Source: Acidobacteriota bacterium (GTDB taxonomy: Bacteria > Acidobacteriota > Thermoanaerobaculia > Multivoradales > Multivoraceae). From it: a stretch of DNA of 64,000 nt. Under the pieces are notes generated by a model that saw only the letters and a list, made by a program, of their open reading frames with translations, was not told the DNA's origin and ran no database searches. Shown here piece by piece: positions 7,763 to 16,139 of this stretch. The translations under genes and the position numbers were made by a program. The DNA is taken from contig JBCCLJ010000006.1 in the NCBI GenBank assembly GCA_039026915.1, positions 5,000-68,999 of the forward strand, given 5' to 3'. The first letter of the stretch is position 1. Each line of letters starts with the position of its first letter.

Positions 7763-9835
7763 ATGGAGAGTGGCTTCGACGCCCTGCGCGAACAGATCGT
7801 CCGTCGTCTGCAGCAGACCGGAGAGGAGCTGCTCGGACTCGTCGAACAGCATCAGCAGGAGGCCCGTGAGGAGGCTCTCGAACGAGAGGCGCCACCGGAG
7901 CCGACGGATGCCGGACTGCGCCCTCTGCGGGCGGCCATCGCCTCCCTCGACGGAGCCGACAGCCAGGCCGAGATTCTTGCTCGGCTCCTGGAGGTCAGTT
8001 CCGCCTTCGCGTCCCGCTCGGCGCTCCTCCTGAGCAGCGACGCCGGCCTCAAGGTGTGGAGCAGTACCGGCTTCGATGAATCTCACGAGGGACAAGAGCT
8101 GGGCACGTTCGACGAAGAGCGCTGGGCCGAGGCCTGCTCCGGACGGGGCGCCACCCTGCTCGACAGCCGCGCCTGCGCCCATCTCGCCCAGGCGCTCGAA
8201 GCCGATCTGCCGAGTCAGGGTGCCCTCGTCCCGTTGGTCCTGCGTGACGAGGTGCCCGCGCTCCTCTACGCCGACACGGACAACGGCTCGGCGCCGAACC
8301 TCGAGGCTCTGCAGCTGCTGACCTATACCGCCGCACAGTGTCTGGAGACGCTGCCGCTCCGCTCCGAGCGACCCGTCTCGACTCTCGTTGCGCTCGAGCA
8401 GCAGCCCGCCGAGGCGGACGCCGCTCCGGCTCAGGACCTGACGGACGAAGAGAGCGCCGATGCGGACGACACGAACAGGGGCGGAGCCGCCGCGCTGGGC
8501 GCAGCCGCCGCAGGCACGGTCGCGGTCGCCGGGGCCCTCTCCGACGACGACGACGACGCCACGGTGAACGCCGCGAGCGAGGATCTCGAGACGGCCGAAG
8601 AGGGACTCGACGAGGAGGTCGCCGAGTCCGAGGCGACGGCTGAGGCCGAAGAGCCGGAGCCGGACGAGGTCGAGGTCGAGGTCGAGGTCGAGGTCGAAGC
8701 TTCACCCGTCGAAGAGCTGGCTGTCGAGGGCGCGGAGCTCGAAGAAGCCGCAGCCGACGAGGCTGAGTTCGAAGAGCCGGAGACCGAAGCGGTATCGCTC
8801 GAACCTCCCTCCTTCGAAGCGCCAGCTTCCGACACGGCAGAAGTCGAAGCGGAGGAAGAGGACGAGCTCGCCGCTGCCGAGGCTGCCACCGAAGAACCGG
8901 ACGAGCCGGAGGCAGGCGACGATCCGCTGCTCGGCGCGGAAACGCGACAGGTCCCGACGATGGATCTGCCGGATCTCGAGGACGAAGTCACGGGCTCTGA
9001 CGACGAGTCGACCCCGAAGATGGGCCTGCGGGACGACGACCCCGAAGAGACACCGGCCGGCCCGTCGATGTTCGGAATCGCAGAGAAGGCCGGCGCCGCC
9101 GCAGGAGCCGCCGCTCTCGCCGCGGGAAGCCGAATCTGGGGCGGCAGTGAAGAGGAAGACGGCGCCGGGACCGAGACGGCCGAGGCCGACGAGCCGGAGG
9201 TCGAAGAGCCCGCGATCGGCGATCCGCTCTCGACCCTGCAGACCGACGCGCCCGCCGAGCCCGCGAGTCGCTCCGTTTACGACGAGATGGGCGCTCTCGA
9301 CGCACCTGAGCCACCGAGTGTCGACCCGGTTTCGAGCCTCGAGACCCAGGTCATCCGCACCGGCGATCTGCCCTCGGAGCCGCCCGAGCCCGCGGCGCCG
9401 CGCGTCTTCGGCCCGCCGCCGCCGGTCACGCCGCCGCCGGCCCCCGAACCGGACGCCGAACCACAGCCCGAGGCGCCCCCTTCCAACAGCAACGAGGTCA
9501 TGCCTCCGGAAGACGTCCACGAGGGACCCGGCTGGGCCTTCACCGACAGCTCGAACGACGAGCCCGCCGGCGCTCCGACCGAAGGGCCGCTGCACGAAGA
9601 GGCACGCCGACTCGCCCGCCTCCTCGTCAGTGAGATCAAGCTCTACAACGAGGAGCAGATCGAAGAAGGACGCCGCCAGGGCAACATCTACGAGCAGCTC
9701 AAGGACGACATCGATCGCTCCAAGCGGATGTACGAAGAGCGCATCGACCAGACCGTACGCCAGTCGACGGATTACTTTCGCGACGAGCTGGTCCGCAGTC
9801 TGGCGGATGGCGACGCCCAGGTTCTCGGCCTCTAG
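7763..9835 (+). CDS. GAF-like N-terminal domain / long acidic low-complexity linker / conserved C-terminal helical domain protein
   Basis: ATG 7763 follows GGAGGA. N-terminal ~220 aa are globular ('LARLLEVSSAFASRSALLLSSDAGLKVWS...LVPLVLRDEVPALLYAD'). About 400 aa are D/E/A/P-rich, including 'EVEVEVEVEVE'. The C-terminus is 'EEARRLARLLVSEIKLYNEEQIEEGRRQGNIYEQLKDDIDRSKRMYEERID'. Confidence 0.8.
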   Translation: MESGFDALREQIVRRLQQTGEELLGLVEQHQQEAREEALEREAPPEPTDAGLRPLRAAIASLDGADSQAEILARLLEVSSAFASRSALLLSSDAGLKVWSSTGFDESHEGQELGTFDEERWAEACSGRGATLLDSRACAHLAQALEADLPSQGALVPLVLRDEVPALLYADTDNGSAPNLEALQLLTYTAAQCLETLPLRSERPVSTLVALEQQPAEADAAPAQDLTDEESADADDTNRGGAAALGAAAAGTVAVAGALSDDDDDATVNAASEDLETAEEGLDEEVAESEATAEAEEPEPDEVEVEVEVEVEASPVEELAVEGAELEEAAADEAEFEEPETEAVSLEPPSFEAPASDTAEVEAEEEDELAAAEAATEEPDEPEAGDDPLLGAETRQVPTMDLPDLEDEVTGSDDESTPKMGLRDDDPEETPAGPSMFGIAEKAGAAAGAAALAAGSRIWGGSEEEDGAGTETAEADEPEVEEPAIGDPLSTLQTDAPAEPASRSVYDEMGALDAPEPPSVDPVSSLETQVIRTGDLPSEPPEPAAPRVFGPPPPVTPPPAPEPDAEPQPEAPPSNSNEVMPPEDVHEGPGWAFTDSSNDEPAGAPTEGPLHEEARRLARLLVSEIKLYNEEQIEEGRRQGNIYEQLKDDIDRSKRMYEERIDQTVRQSTDYFRDELVRSLADGDAQVLGL
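8666..8695 (+). repeat. Perfect tandem hexanucleotide repeat (GAGGTC)x5 inside the CDS
   Basis: gaggtc repeated five times at 8666-8695. It encodes (EV)5 and stays in frame. Confidence 0.95.
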
Positions 9836-9848
9836 CCCCGGTGCGCCT

Positions 9849-9867
9849 CCGCCCCTTCCCGGGGCGG
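9849..9867 (+). terminator. GC hairpin downstream of the 7763-9835 gene (possible terminator, no U-tract)
   Basis: CCGCCCC-TTCCC-GGGGCGG, 7-bp stem, starting 14 nt after the stop codon. No T-tract follows, so function is uncertain. Confidence 0.3.
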
Positions 9868-9965
9868 TGAGCTTCCGTCGCGCGACCCGGCCGGCGCGCA
9901 GATCTCGCGCTTTCGCGACCCGACCCTCAAGGGTATACTGAAGGTCCTTCCTCAACGGGACCCAT

Positions 9966-10038
9966 GGGTCCATAGCTCAGCGGTTAGAGCTGCCGGCTCA
10001 TAACCGGTAGGTCCCTGGTTCGAATCCAGGTGGGCCCA
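9966..10038 (+). tRNA. tRNA with CAT anticodon (elongator Met or lysidine-modified Ile2; not initiator)
   Basis: Hand-folded cloverleaf: acceptor GGGTCCA/TGGGCCC, D-arm GCTC-AGCGGTTA-GAGC, anticodon arm GCCGG-CTCATAA-CCGGT, variable AGGTC, T-arm CCTGG-TTCGAAT-CCAGG, discriminator A. 73 nt with no encoded CCA. The 1:72 pair is G:C and there is no GGG/CCC anticodon stem, so it is not tRNA-fMet. Confidence 0.9.
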
Positions 10039-10181
10039 CGCTCGAACGCTGAATCGGAGGCATCCTGACGATTCAGGAAACATCCACGCCCGCCCGCCCC
10101 CTCGACGTCGTCGTCGAGCTGCAGTCCGTTCTCGAGCGCCTCGACGAGGGACGTCGGAAGCTGGACGGTGTCCCTGAATCG

Positions 10182-10820
10182 ATGCAGGAGCTCCACGCGG
10201 AGCATCAGCGCATCAAAGCCCGCATGGGGGAGTGTGAGGAGACTGCCTCGTCCGCGCTCCTCGAGCAGAAAGCCGCTGAAGGCAGTGCGCAGGAGCACCT
10301 CGCCAAAGCTGCGCACTACCAAGAGCAGATCGCGCAGGTGACGACCCAGCGCGAGTATGGTGCTCTGCTCAATGAGATCGACGCGGCAAAGAAGCTCGCC
10401 AGCGACTTCGAGGAGAAGGCGCTCGAGGCCATCGAGATCGTCGACACCGCGAACGCCGAGAAAGAGTCGCTGGAGACGGAGTTCCAGGAAGTCGACAGCA
10501 AGTACCAGATCGAGCTCGCTGAGTGGGAGGAGGAAAAGCCCCAGGTCGCTGAGGAGATGGATCGTCTCGAAGCCGAGGCCGATGTACTCCGCGCCAAGCT
10601 CCCCAAGCCCATTCTCCTCGCCTACGAACGTCTCTACGAGCGCCTCGGCGGCAACCCACTCGCCAAGATCCAGCCGCTCGGCGCCTCCGGATCCGGTTGG
10701 CGCTGCAGCACCTGCAACTACGCCATTCGTCCTCAGGTCGTCGTACAGCTGCGGGCCGCCAACGAGCTCGTGCCCTGCACCTGCGGACGTCAGCTCTACA
10801 TCGATCCGGCGGACGCCTAG
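10182..10820 (+). CDS. Coiled-coil / C4 zinc-ribbon protein (COG1579-like)
   Basis: Long coiled-coil followed by 'CSTCNYAIRPQVVVQLRAANELVPCTCGRQLY'. The frame is open from 10053, and the upstream residues 'LQSVLERLDEGRRKLDGVPES' look like part of the protein. The true start may therefore be a non-ATG codon near 10065-10071, after GGAGG (10056-10060). Confidence 0.8.
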   Translation: MQELHAEHQRIKARMGECEETASSALLEQKAAEGSAQEHLAKAAHYQEQIAQVTTQREYGALLNEIDAAKKLASDFEEKALEAIEIVDTANAEKESLETEFQEVDSKYQIELAEWEEEKPQVAEEMDRLEAEADVLRAKLPKPILLAYERLYERLGGNPLAKIQPLGASGSGWRCSTCNYAIRPQVVVQLRAANELVPCTCGRQLYIDPADA

Positions 10821-10851
10821 CGCGCTCCGCCTCTGCCCGCCGAAAGACAGA

Positions 10852-11553
10852 ATGACCGCCCCGTCGGAGGCGCAGCTCGCCGACGCGCGCGAGCGCTGGG
10901 CGGACCTCGAGCGTCGCGTCGCCAGCGCGTGTCGACGCTCCGGCCGCGAGCGGTCTGGCGTGACCCTGCTGGGCGCCTGCAAGCGCCAGCCGATCGAGCG
11001 CCTTCTCGCCGTCTACGAAGCGGGCCTGCGCGACTTCGCAGAGAACCAGGTGCAAAGCGGCGAGTCGAATCGGCCACAGCTGCCGGACGACGTGCGCTGG
11101 CACCTGATCGGGCCACTGCAGTCGAACAAAGCGAGGCGCGCCGCGGGAATCTTCGACACGTTCCACGCGGTCGACCGCATGAAGATCGCCCGAGCACTCG
11201 ATCGACACGCGGCGAGGCCCGAGCCTCTGCGCTGCTTTCTCGAGGTGAATCTCGGAGCCGAGGAGAGCAAACACGGCTTCCTCGCCGAGCAGATCGAAGA
11301 TGCCGCGCGTGAGCTGAGTCAGCTCGAACGTCTCGAAGTCGTCGGACTCATGGCGATCCCGCCGCGTGCGGAGAGCGAGGACGAGGCCCGCGGCTGGTTC
11401 CGTCAGCTGCGCGAGCTCCTCCCCGCCGCGGAGTTCGAGAGCCAGCGACCGCAGCTGCTGTCGATGGGCATGTCTTCGGATTTCGAAATCGCCATCGAAG
11501 AGGGTGCGACGCACGTGCGAATCGGCACTTCTCTCTTCGGCGCACGCGACTGA
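10852..11553 (+). CDS. yggS: YggS-family pyridoxal-phosphate homeostasis protein
   Basis: From ATG 10852: 'LLGACKRQPIERLLAVYEAGLRDFAENQVQ...WHLIGPLQSNKARRAA...FHAVDR...LSMGMSSDFEIAIEEGATHVRIGTSLFG'. The listed ORF start at 10357 is an out-of-context extension that overlaps the previous gene. Confidence 0.9.
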   Translation: MTAPSEAQLADARERWADLERRVASACRRSGRERSGVTLLGACKRQPIERLLAVYEAGLRDFAENQVQSGESNRPQLPDDVRWHLIGPLQSNKARRAAGIFDTFHAVDRMKIARALDRHAARPEPLRCFLEVNLGAEESKHGFLAEQIEDAARELSQLERLEVVGLMAIPPRAESEDEARGWFRQLRELLPAAEFESQRPQLLSMGMSSDFEIAIEEGATHVRIGTSLFGARD

Positions 11554-11631
11554 TCCAGTCCCCTGGGTAGCGGACCGCGTGCTAATCTTGGCGGTCGTTT
11601 CTCCCCCGAAAACCCCTCGGTAGGCGCTTCT

Positions 11632-13401
11632 GTGAAAACCCTCTCAGATCTCGTGTTCCACGTCCTCGACCACTCCGCGGGTCGTCCAGATCTGCTGGCT
11701 ACGAAGCGCAAGCGGAGGATCGAGGTGATGTCGACGAGCGACTTTCTCGGCAACATTCACGCGCTCGCGATCGCCCTCGAGAACCAGGGCGTGCAGCCTG
11801 GTCAGCGCGTCGCTCTCTTCTCGGAGAACCGCCCCGAGTGGCACGTGGTCGACTTCGCCTGCCACCTCCTGGGCGCCGTGCCGGTCCCCATCTACCCGAC
11901 GGTGCGTCCGCAGGAAGTGGCCTACATTCTGCGCAACTCGGGTGCCGACTGGATCTTCTTCAGCAGCAAGCAGAAGGGACAGGTGCTCGAAGAGATCGTT
12001 CCGACGCTCACGCGCCAGGTGACCTGCGTCTCTCTCGATGACGACGCCGGGTTCGGCCGGCCCCTCGTGCAGCTGCTCTCGGAAGGCGCCGAGGAACGCT
12101 CTCAAAAGCCGCTCGAGCGCTTTCGCGATCGGGTGAAGCCCGAGGATCTCGCCAGCATCATCTACACGAGTGGCACGACCGGCGATCCCAAGGGCGTAAT
12201 GCTGACGCACGCCAACTTCGTCTCGAATGTGCTGGCCTGCGGCAAGCTCTTTCCGATCACCGAGACCGACGTCGCGCTCTCCTTCCTGCCGCTGTCGCAC
12301 GTCTTCGAGCGCACGGTCGACTACCTCTTCTTTCGTCAGGGCGTGCATATCCACTACGCGCCCTCGATCGAGCGTGTTCCGCCGCTGCTCACCGAGGTAC
12401 GCCCGACCGTCTTGACGTCGGTGCCGCGGCTCTACGAGCGCGCCTACCTCCGCGTCACCTCCAACGTGCTCAAGGAGAAGCCCGGCAAGCAGCGCATCTT
12501 CAGCTGGGCGATGCGTGTGGGCGAGAAGCACGCGAACGCGACGCAGTCGAGCTTCGTCGGGCCGATCCTCGGTGCCCAACGCGCCGCGGCTGACCGTCTC
12601 GTGTATCGGAAGATCAAAGAGCGCTTCGGTGGCCGTCTGCGCTTCGCCATCTCCGGAGGCGCACCTCTCTCCCCGGACGTCGCTCAGTTCTTCGACGCCG
12701 TCGGCGTGAGGCTCTTTCAGGGATACGGACTCACCGAGACCGCCCCGGTCCTCGCCGTGAATTCACCGAAGGCGAGCCGCCTCGGCTCCGTTGGCCCGGC
12801 CGTGGAAGGCATCGAGCTGCAGCTCGCCGACGACGGAGAGATTCTGGCCAAGACTCCGGGTCTGATGAAAGGCTACTGGGAGAACCCGACGGCCACGGCC
12901 GAGGTCATCGACGAAGACGGCTGGTTTCACACCGGCGACATCGGCAAGATCGACGAAGAGGGTTTTCTCTTCATCACCGACCGGAAGAAGGACCTGTTGA
13001 TCACCAGCGGCGGCAAGAACGTCGCGCCGCAACCGATCGAGCAGCTTCTCGTCTCCCACTGGGCCATCGCCCAGGCGGTCGTCGTCGGCGATCGCTATCC
13101 GTACATCACCGCGCTCATCGTGCCGCGCTTCGAAGAGCTGCCGCCCGGACTGCAGCGGCTCTCGCAGAAAGAGGTCATCGAGCATTCTTCCCTGCAGAAG
13201 ATCATCAAGTCGGCGGTCGACGAGGTGAACGAGCGCCTCTCGGAGCACGAGCGCATCCGCAAGTTCGAACTCCTCGATCACGAACTCTCCCTCGAGGACG
13301 GCGAGATCACGCCGACGCTCAAGGTGCGCCGCAACGTCGTCATGGAAAACTACTCCGAGGCGATCGCCTCGATGTACCTCAAGACCCAGAAGGTCAGCTG
13401 A
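11632..13401 (+). CDS. Long-chain acyl-CoA synthetase (AMP-forming ligase family)
   Basis: 589 aa, GTG start. AMP-binding motifs 'IIYTSGTTGDPKGVMLTH', 'GYGLTETAP', 'WFHTGDIGKIDEEGFLFITDRKKDLLITSGGKNVAPQPIE'. Confidence 0.9.
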   Translation: MKTLSDLVFHVLDHSAGRPDLLATKRKRRIEVMSTSDFLGNIHALAIALENQGVQPGQRVALFSENRPEWHVVDFACHLLGAVPVPIYPTVRPQEVAYILRNSGADWIFFSSKQKGQVLEEIVPTLTRQVTCVSLDDDAGFGRPLVQLLSEGAEERSQKPLERFRDRVKPEDLASIIYTSGTTGDPKGVMLTHANFVSNVLACGKLFPITETDVALSFLPLSHVFERTVDYLFFRQGVHIHYAPSIERVPPLLTEVRPTVLTSVPRLYERAYLRVTSNVLKEKPGKQRIFSWAMRVGEKHANATQSSFVGPILGAQRAAADRLVYRKIKERFGGRLRFAISGGAPLSPDVAQFFDAVGVRLFQGYGLTETAPVLAVNSPKASRLGSVGPAVEGIELQLADDGEILAKTPGLMKGYWENPTATAEVIDEDGWFHTGDIGKIDEEGFLFITDRKKDLLITSGGKNVAPQPIEQLLVSHWAIAQAVVVGDRYPYITALIVPRFEELPPGLQRLSQKEVIEHSSLQKIIKSAVDEVNERLSEHERIRKFELLDHELSLEDGEITPTLKVRRNVVMENYSEAIASMYLKTQKVS

Positions 13402-13430
13402 CCCGACCCTTTCGAGCTAGGAGCTCTCCG

Positions 13431-13880
13431 ATGCGCCCACTCCTCGATTCCTCTTTGCGCGGCATGACTGCCCTACTGATCCTGCTCAGCCTCTTGGCGC
13501 CGGCGCTCCTCGCGCAGGAAGATGGCGACGACGTCGAATGGGTCGAGCTGAAGAAGGGGCTTTTCTACCAGGATCTGGTCGTCGGCGACGGCAACGAGGC
13601 CGGCCGCGGCAGCTTCGTGCAGGTGCGCTACGTCGGCACGCTCGAGGACGGCAGCATCTTCGACCAATCCAAGGAGAATGGCTTCGCCTTCAAGATGGGT
13701 GACGGGCGCGTCATCCGGGGCTGGGAGCTCGGTATCGCCGGCATGAAGGTCGGCGGAAAGCGGCGTCTCAAGATCCCGCCCAAGCTCGGCTATGGGAGCG
13801 CCGGTGTGAAAGGCCGCATTCCGAAAAAGGCGACGCTGCTCTTCGACATCGAGCTCATCTCGGCCAACAAGCCGCGCTGA
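13431..13880 (+). CDS. Secreted FKBP-type peptidyl-prolyl cis-trans isomerase
   Basis: Signal peptide 'MTALLILLSLLAPALLAQE'. FKBP core 'VQVRYVGTLEDGSIFDQS...FKMGDGRVIRGWELGIAGMKVGGKRRLKIPPKLGYG...LLFDIELI'. Confidence 0.9.
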   Translation: MRPLLDSSLRGMTALLILLSLLAPALLAQEDGDDVEWVELKKGLFYQDLVVGDGNEAGRGSFVQVRYVGTLEDGSIFDQSKENGFAFKMGDGRVIRGWELGIAGMKVGGKRRLKIPPKLGYGSAGVKGRIPKKATLLFDIELISANKPR

Positions 13881-13904
13881 GCGGACGTTGCAAGGCAGCA
13901 GCCG

Positions 13905-15707
13905 CTAAGAGAGCTGCTTCAGCATGCGGTCGAGCACCGCGAAGCCGCCGCGCCAGAAGTCCTTGTCTCGCGGGTCGATGCCCATTTCGCCGAGGGCGAC
14001 TTCCGGTCGCTCGGATCCGCCGTACGACAGCAGTCGCACGTAGCCCGGGATGAAGGCGTCGCCCTCCTCGCGAAAACGCTGGTAAAGCGCGAGCACGAGG
14101 AGCTGGCCAAAGCTGTAGGCGTAGCAGTAGAAGGGCACCGCGTAGATGTGGGGAATCGCCGTCCACTCGCCGCGAAATTCGTCGCTCACTTCGACGGCGT
14201 CGCCGAACTGCTCCGCGAGAGTGCCAAGGTAGATCTTCTCGAGATCGGCGAGCGCCGCACCCTCGCCGATCGCCTGGTGCGCCTCGCGCTCGAAGATGAC
14301 GAAGTACGCCTGGCGCGCAATCGTCGCGTACATGTCGTCCATCGACGAGGCTACGATCTCCCGGCGCGCCGTCTCGTCGTCTTCCTGCTCGAGCAGCCGC
14401 TCGGTGATCAGCATCTCAGCGAAAACCGAGGCGGTCTCGGCGAGCGGCAGGCACGGCTGGTGGGTGAAGACCGAGTGGTCCTCCGAGAGCATGCTGTGCA
14501 CGGCGTGGCCCATCTCGTGAGCGAGGGTCGCGACGTCGCGCATCGTGCCGTCGAAGTTGACGAGCACCCAGGGCGTCACGTCGGGCAGCGGTGAAGCGCA
14601 GAACGCGCCTCCGCGTTTGCCCGGCCGCGGCGGCACGTCGATGTGGCCTTCTGCGAAGACTCTTCTGGCGTGGTCGCCGATGGCGCCGTCGAAGTCGCCG
14701 AAGGTGTCGAGCACCAGGTCGACCGCCTTCGAATACTCCATGCGCCGGTCCGAGGTGCGCAGCGGCGCGTAGATGTCGTAGCGACGCAGCTTGTCCTGCT
14801 TGAGCCACCCCGCCTTGAGCTTGAAGTAGTCGCGGAAGACGCCGCTGCGCTCGCGAATGACGTCGAGCAGACTGTCGACCGCTTCGTCGCTGACGTCGTT
14901 GGCGACGTTGCGCACCGAGATCGGGCTGTCGAAGCCACGCAGTTGGAGGTTCTCGGAGGCCCAGTCGCGCACGCGATTGACGTACATCTGGCCCAGGACC
15001 GAGCGCTGCTCTCCATAGACGCGGTAGAGCTCTTTGTAGGCCCACTCGCGTTCGTCCGCCTCACTCGAAAGGGCAAGCGTCGTCAGCTGGTCTCGCGTCC
15101 ATTCTTCGCCCGCCGCGGCGGCCTCCGAATCCTTCGGCGGCTGGAAGTGAAAGCTGTTCGTCAGCAGCGAGTAGAGGGTCAGCACGGCGGAGATGCCGTC
15201 GGCGTTCTTCAGATTGATGATCTGCTCGGCGTCTTCCGAGAGGCGGTAGCGCGCCTTGCGCCGCTGATCCGCGAGGTAAAAACCGTAGTCGGCGTGACGC
15301 GCCTCGATGCCGGCCAGCAGTTCGGCTGCGCGCGCGTCGTCGAGGCCCTGCCACCAGAGGCCGAAGAAAAGCGTCTTGTTGGCAGCGCGGGTCATCGCCG
15401 CCTGGAGGCGGTTGCGACAGTCGAGCGCCTCGGCGCTCTGCGTGTCTTCGGAGAACCAGAGCGACGCGAAACCCATGACGCGCTGCACGTCGCGCTGCAG
15501 CCCCTCGTACGTCTCGAGCAGCGCGAAGAGACCGTCGACGTCAATGGTGTCGAGCTGTTCGCGCACCTCGGCAAAGGCGTCGATGCGCTCTGCGATGGCG
15601 GCGACCTCTGCGTCGACCGCCTCACGCTCGCGCGAGGACATCAGTTTGTCGAGGCGCCAGCCTGCCTCGGGCCAGGTTTCCGCTGCGCTGCCGTGCGTAT
15701 CGTCCAT
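13905..15707 (-). CDS. pepF: M3B oligoendopeptidase F family metallopeptidase
   Basis: Zinc motif 'LAHEMGHAVH'. Length and layout are typical of PepF. The start is set at ATG 15707 (GGAGA SD upstream). The longer listed ORF (to 15872) overlaps the neighbouring gene. Confidence 0.88.
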   Translation of the reverse strand: MDDTHGSAAETWPEAGWRLDKLMSSREREAVDAEVAAIAERIDAFAEVREQLDTIDVDGLFALLETYEGLQRDVQRVMGFASLWFSEDTQSAEALDCRNRLQAAMTRAANKTLFFGLWWQGLDDARAAELLAGIEARHADYGFYLADQRRKARYRLSEDAEQIINLKNADGISAVLTLYSLLTNSFHFQPPKDSEAAAAGEEWTRDQLTTLALSSEADEREWAYKELYRVYGEQRSVLGQMYVNRVRDWASENLQLRGFDSPISVRNVANDVSDEAVDSLLDVIRERSGVFRDYFKLKAGWLKQDKLRRYDIYAPLRTSDRRMEYSKAVDLVLDTFGDFDGAIGDHARRVFAEGHIDVPPRPGKRGGAFCASPLPDVTPWVLVNFDGTMRDVATLAHEMGHAVHSMLSEDHSVFTHQPCLPLAETASVFAEMLITERLLEQEDDETARREIVASSMDDMYATIARQAYFVIFEREAHQAIGEGAALADLEKIYLGTLAEQFGDAVEVSDEFRGEWTAIPHIYAVPFYCYAYSFGQLLVLALYQRFREEGDAFIPGYVRLLSYGGSERPEVALGEMGIDPRDKDFWRGGFAVLDRMLKQLS

Positions 15708-15825
15708 CGCTGTCTCCAGTCTCCCGCTCTCCCCACCCACGGTGGCGAAGAATACACTCCGCAAATCGTGGCTCGACGAAAAATCCGTCGCGTTCAGTCT
15801 GTGCGCTGCGGCTTTCTTCGAGGGC

Positions 15826-16137
15826 TCAGTGAACCGGTCCACCGATCGGATCCGGGGCGGCCTCGATCTCACCGTGAGCCTCTTCGTAGCGCTTCAGGTT
15901 GGCCGAAAGGGCGCCGATGATGCGCTTGAGGTGGCCTGGACTCGTCGCGATACGCGACGTGACGATGCCCTGCGGCGGCACCATGTGAATGAAGTCGAGG
16001 ATGAACTCCTCGCGGGTGTGGGTGATGCGCAGCAGATTCGAGTAGCGGCCCTTGAGCTCCTCGTCGTCGATCTTGATGTTGATCTGAGCCCCCTGGGGAG
16101 CTGCCGCCTGCTGCTGTCGTCGCGGATCGTCGGTCAT
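15826..16137 (-). CDS. DUF3467-family small protein
   Basis: 103 aa from ATG 16137: 'INIKIDDEELKGRYSNLLRITHTREEFILDFIHMVPP' matches my memory of DUF3467. It starts 2 nt after the wzt stop. The listed ORF (to 16419) overlaps wzt in another frame. Confidence 0.72.
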   Translation of the reverse strand: MTDDPRRQQQAAAPQGAQINIKIDDEELKGRYSNLLRITHTREEFILDFIHMVPPQGIVTSRIATSPGHLKRIIGALSANLKRYEEAHGEIEAAPDPIGGPVH

Positions 16138-16139
16138 CG

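Noticed and set aside
8431-9973. Minus-strand ORFs 8431..8991 (Ser-rich) and 8702..9973
   Set aside because: Antisense to the acidic-linker gene. A GAN-rich sense strand automatically yields Ser/Arg-rich antisense ORFs.
9984-10982. 332-aa minus-strand ORF
   Set aside because: It overlaps the tRNA gene and is antisense to the zinc-ribbon gene and the yggS start.
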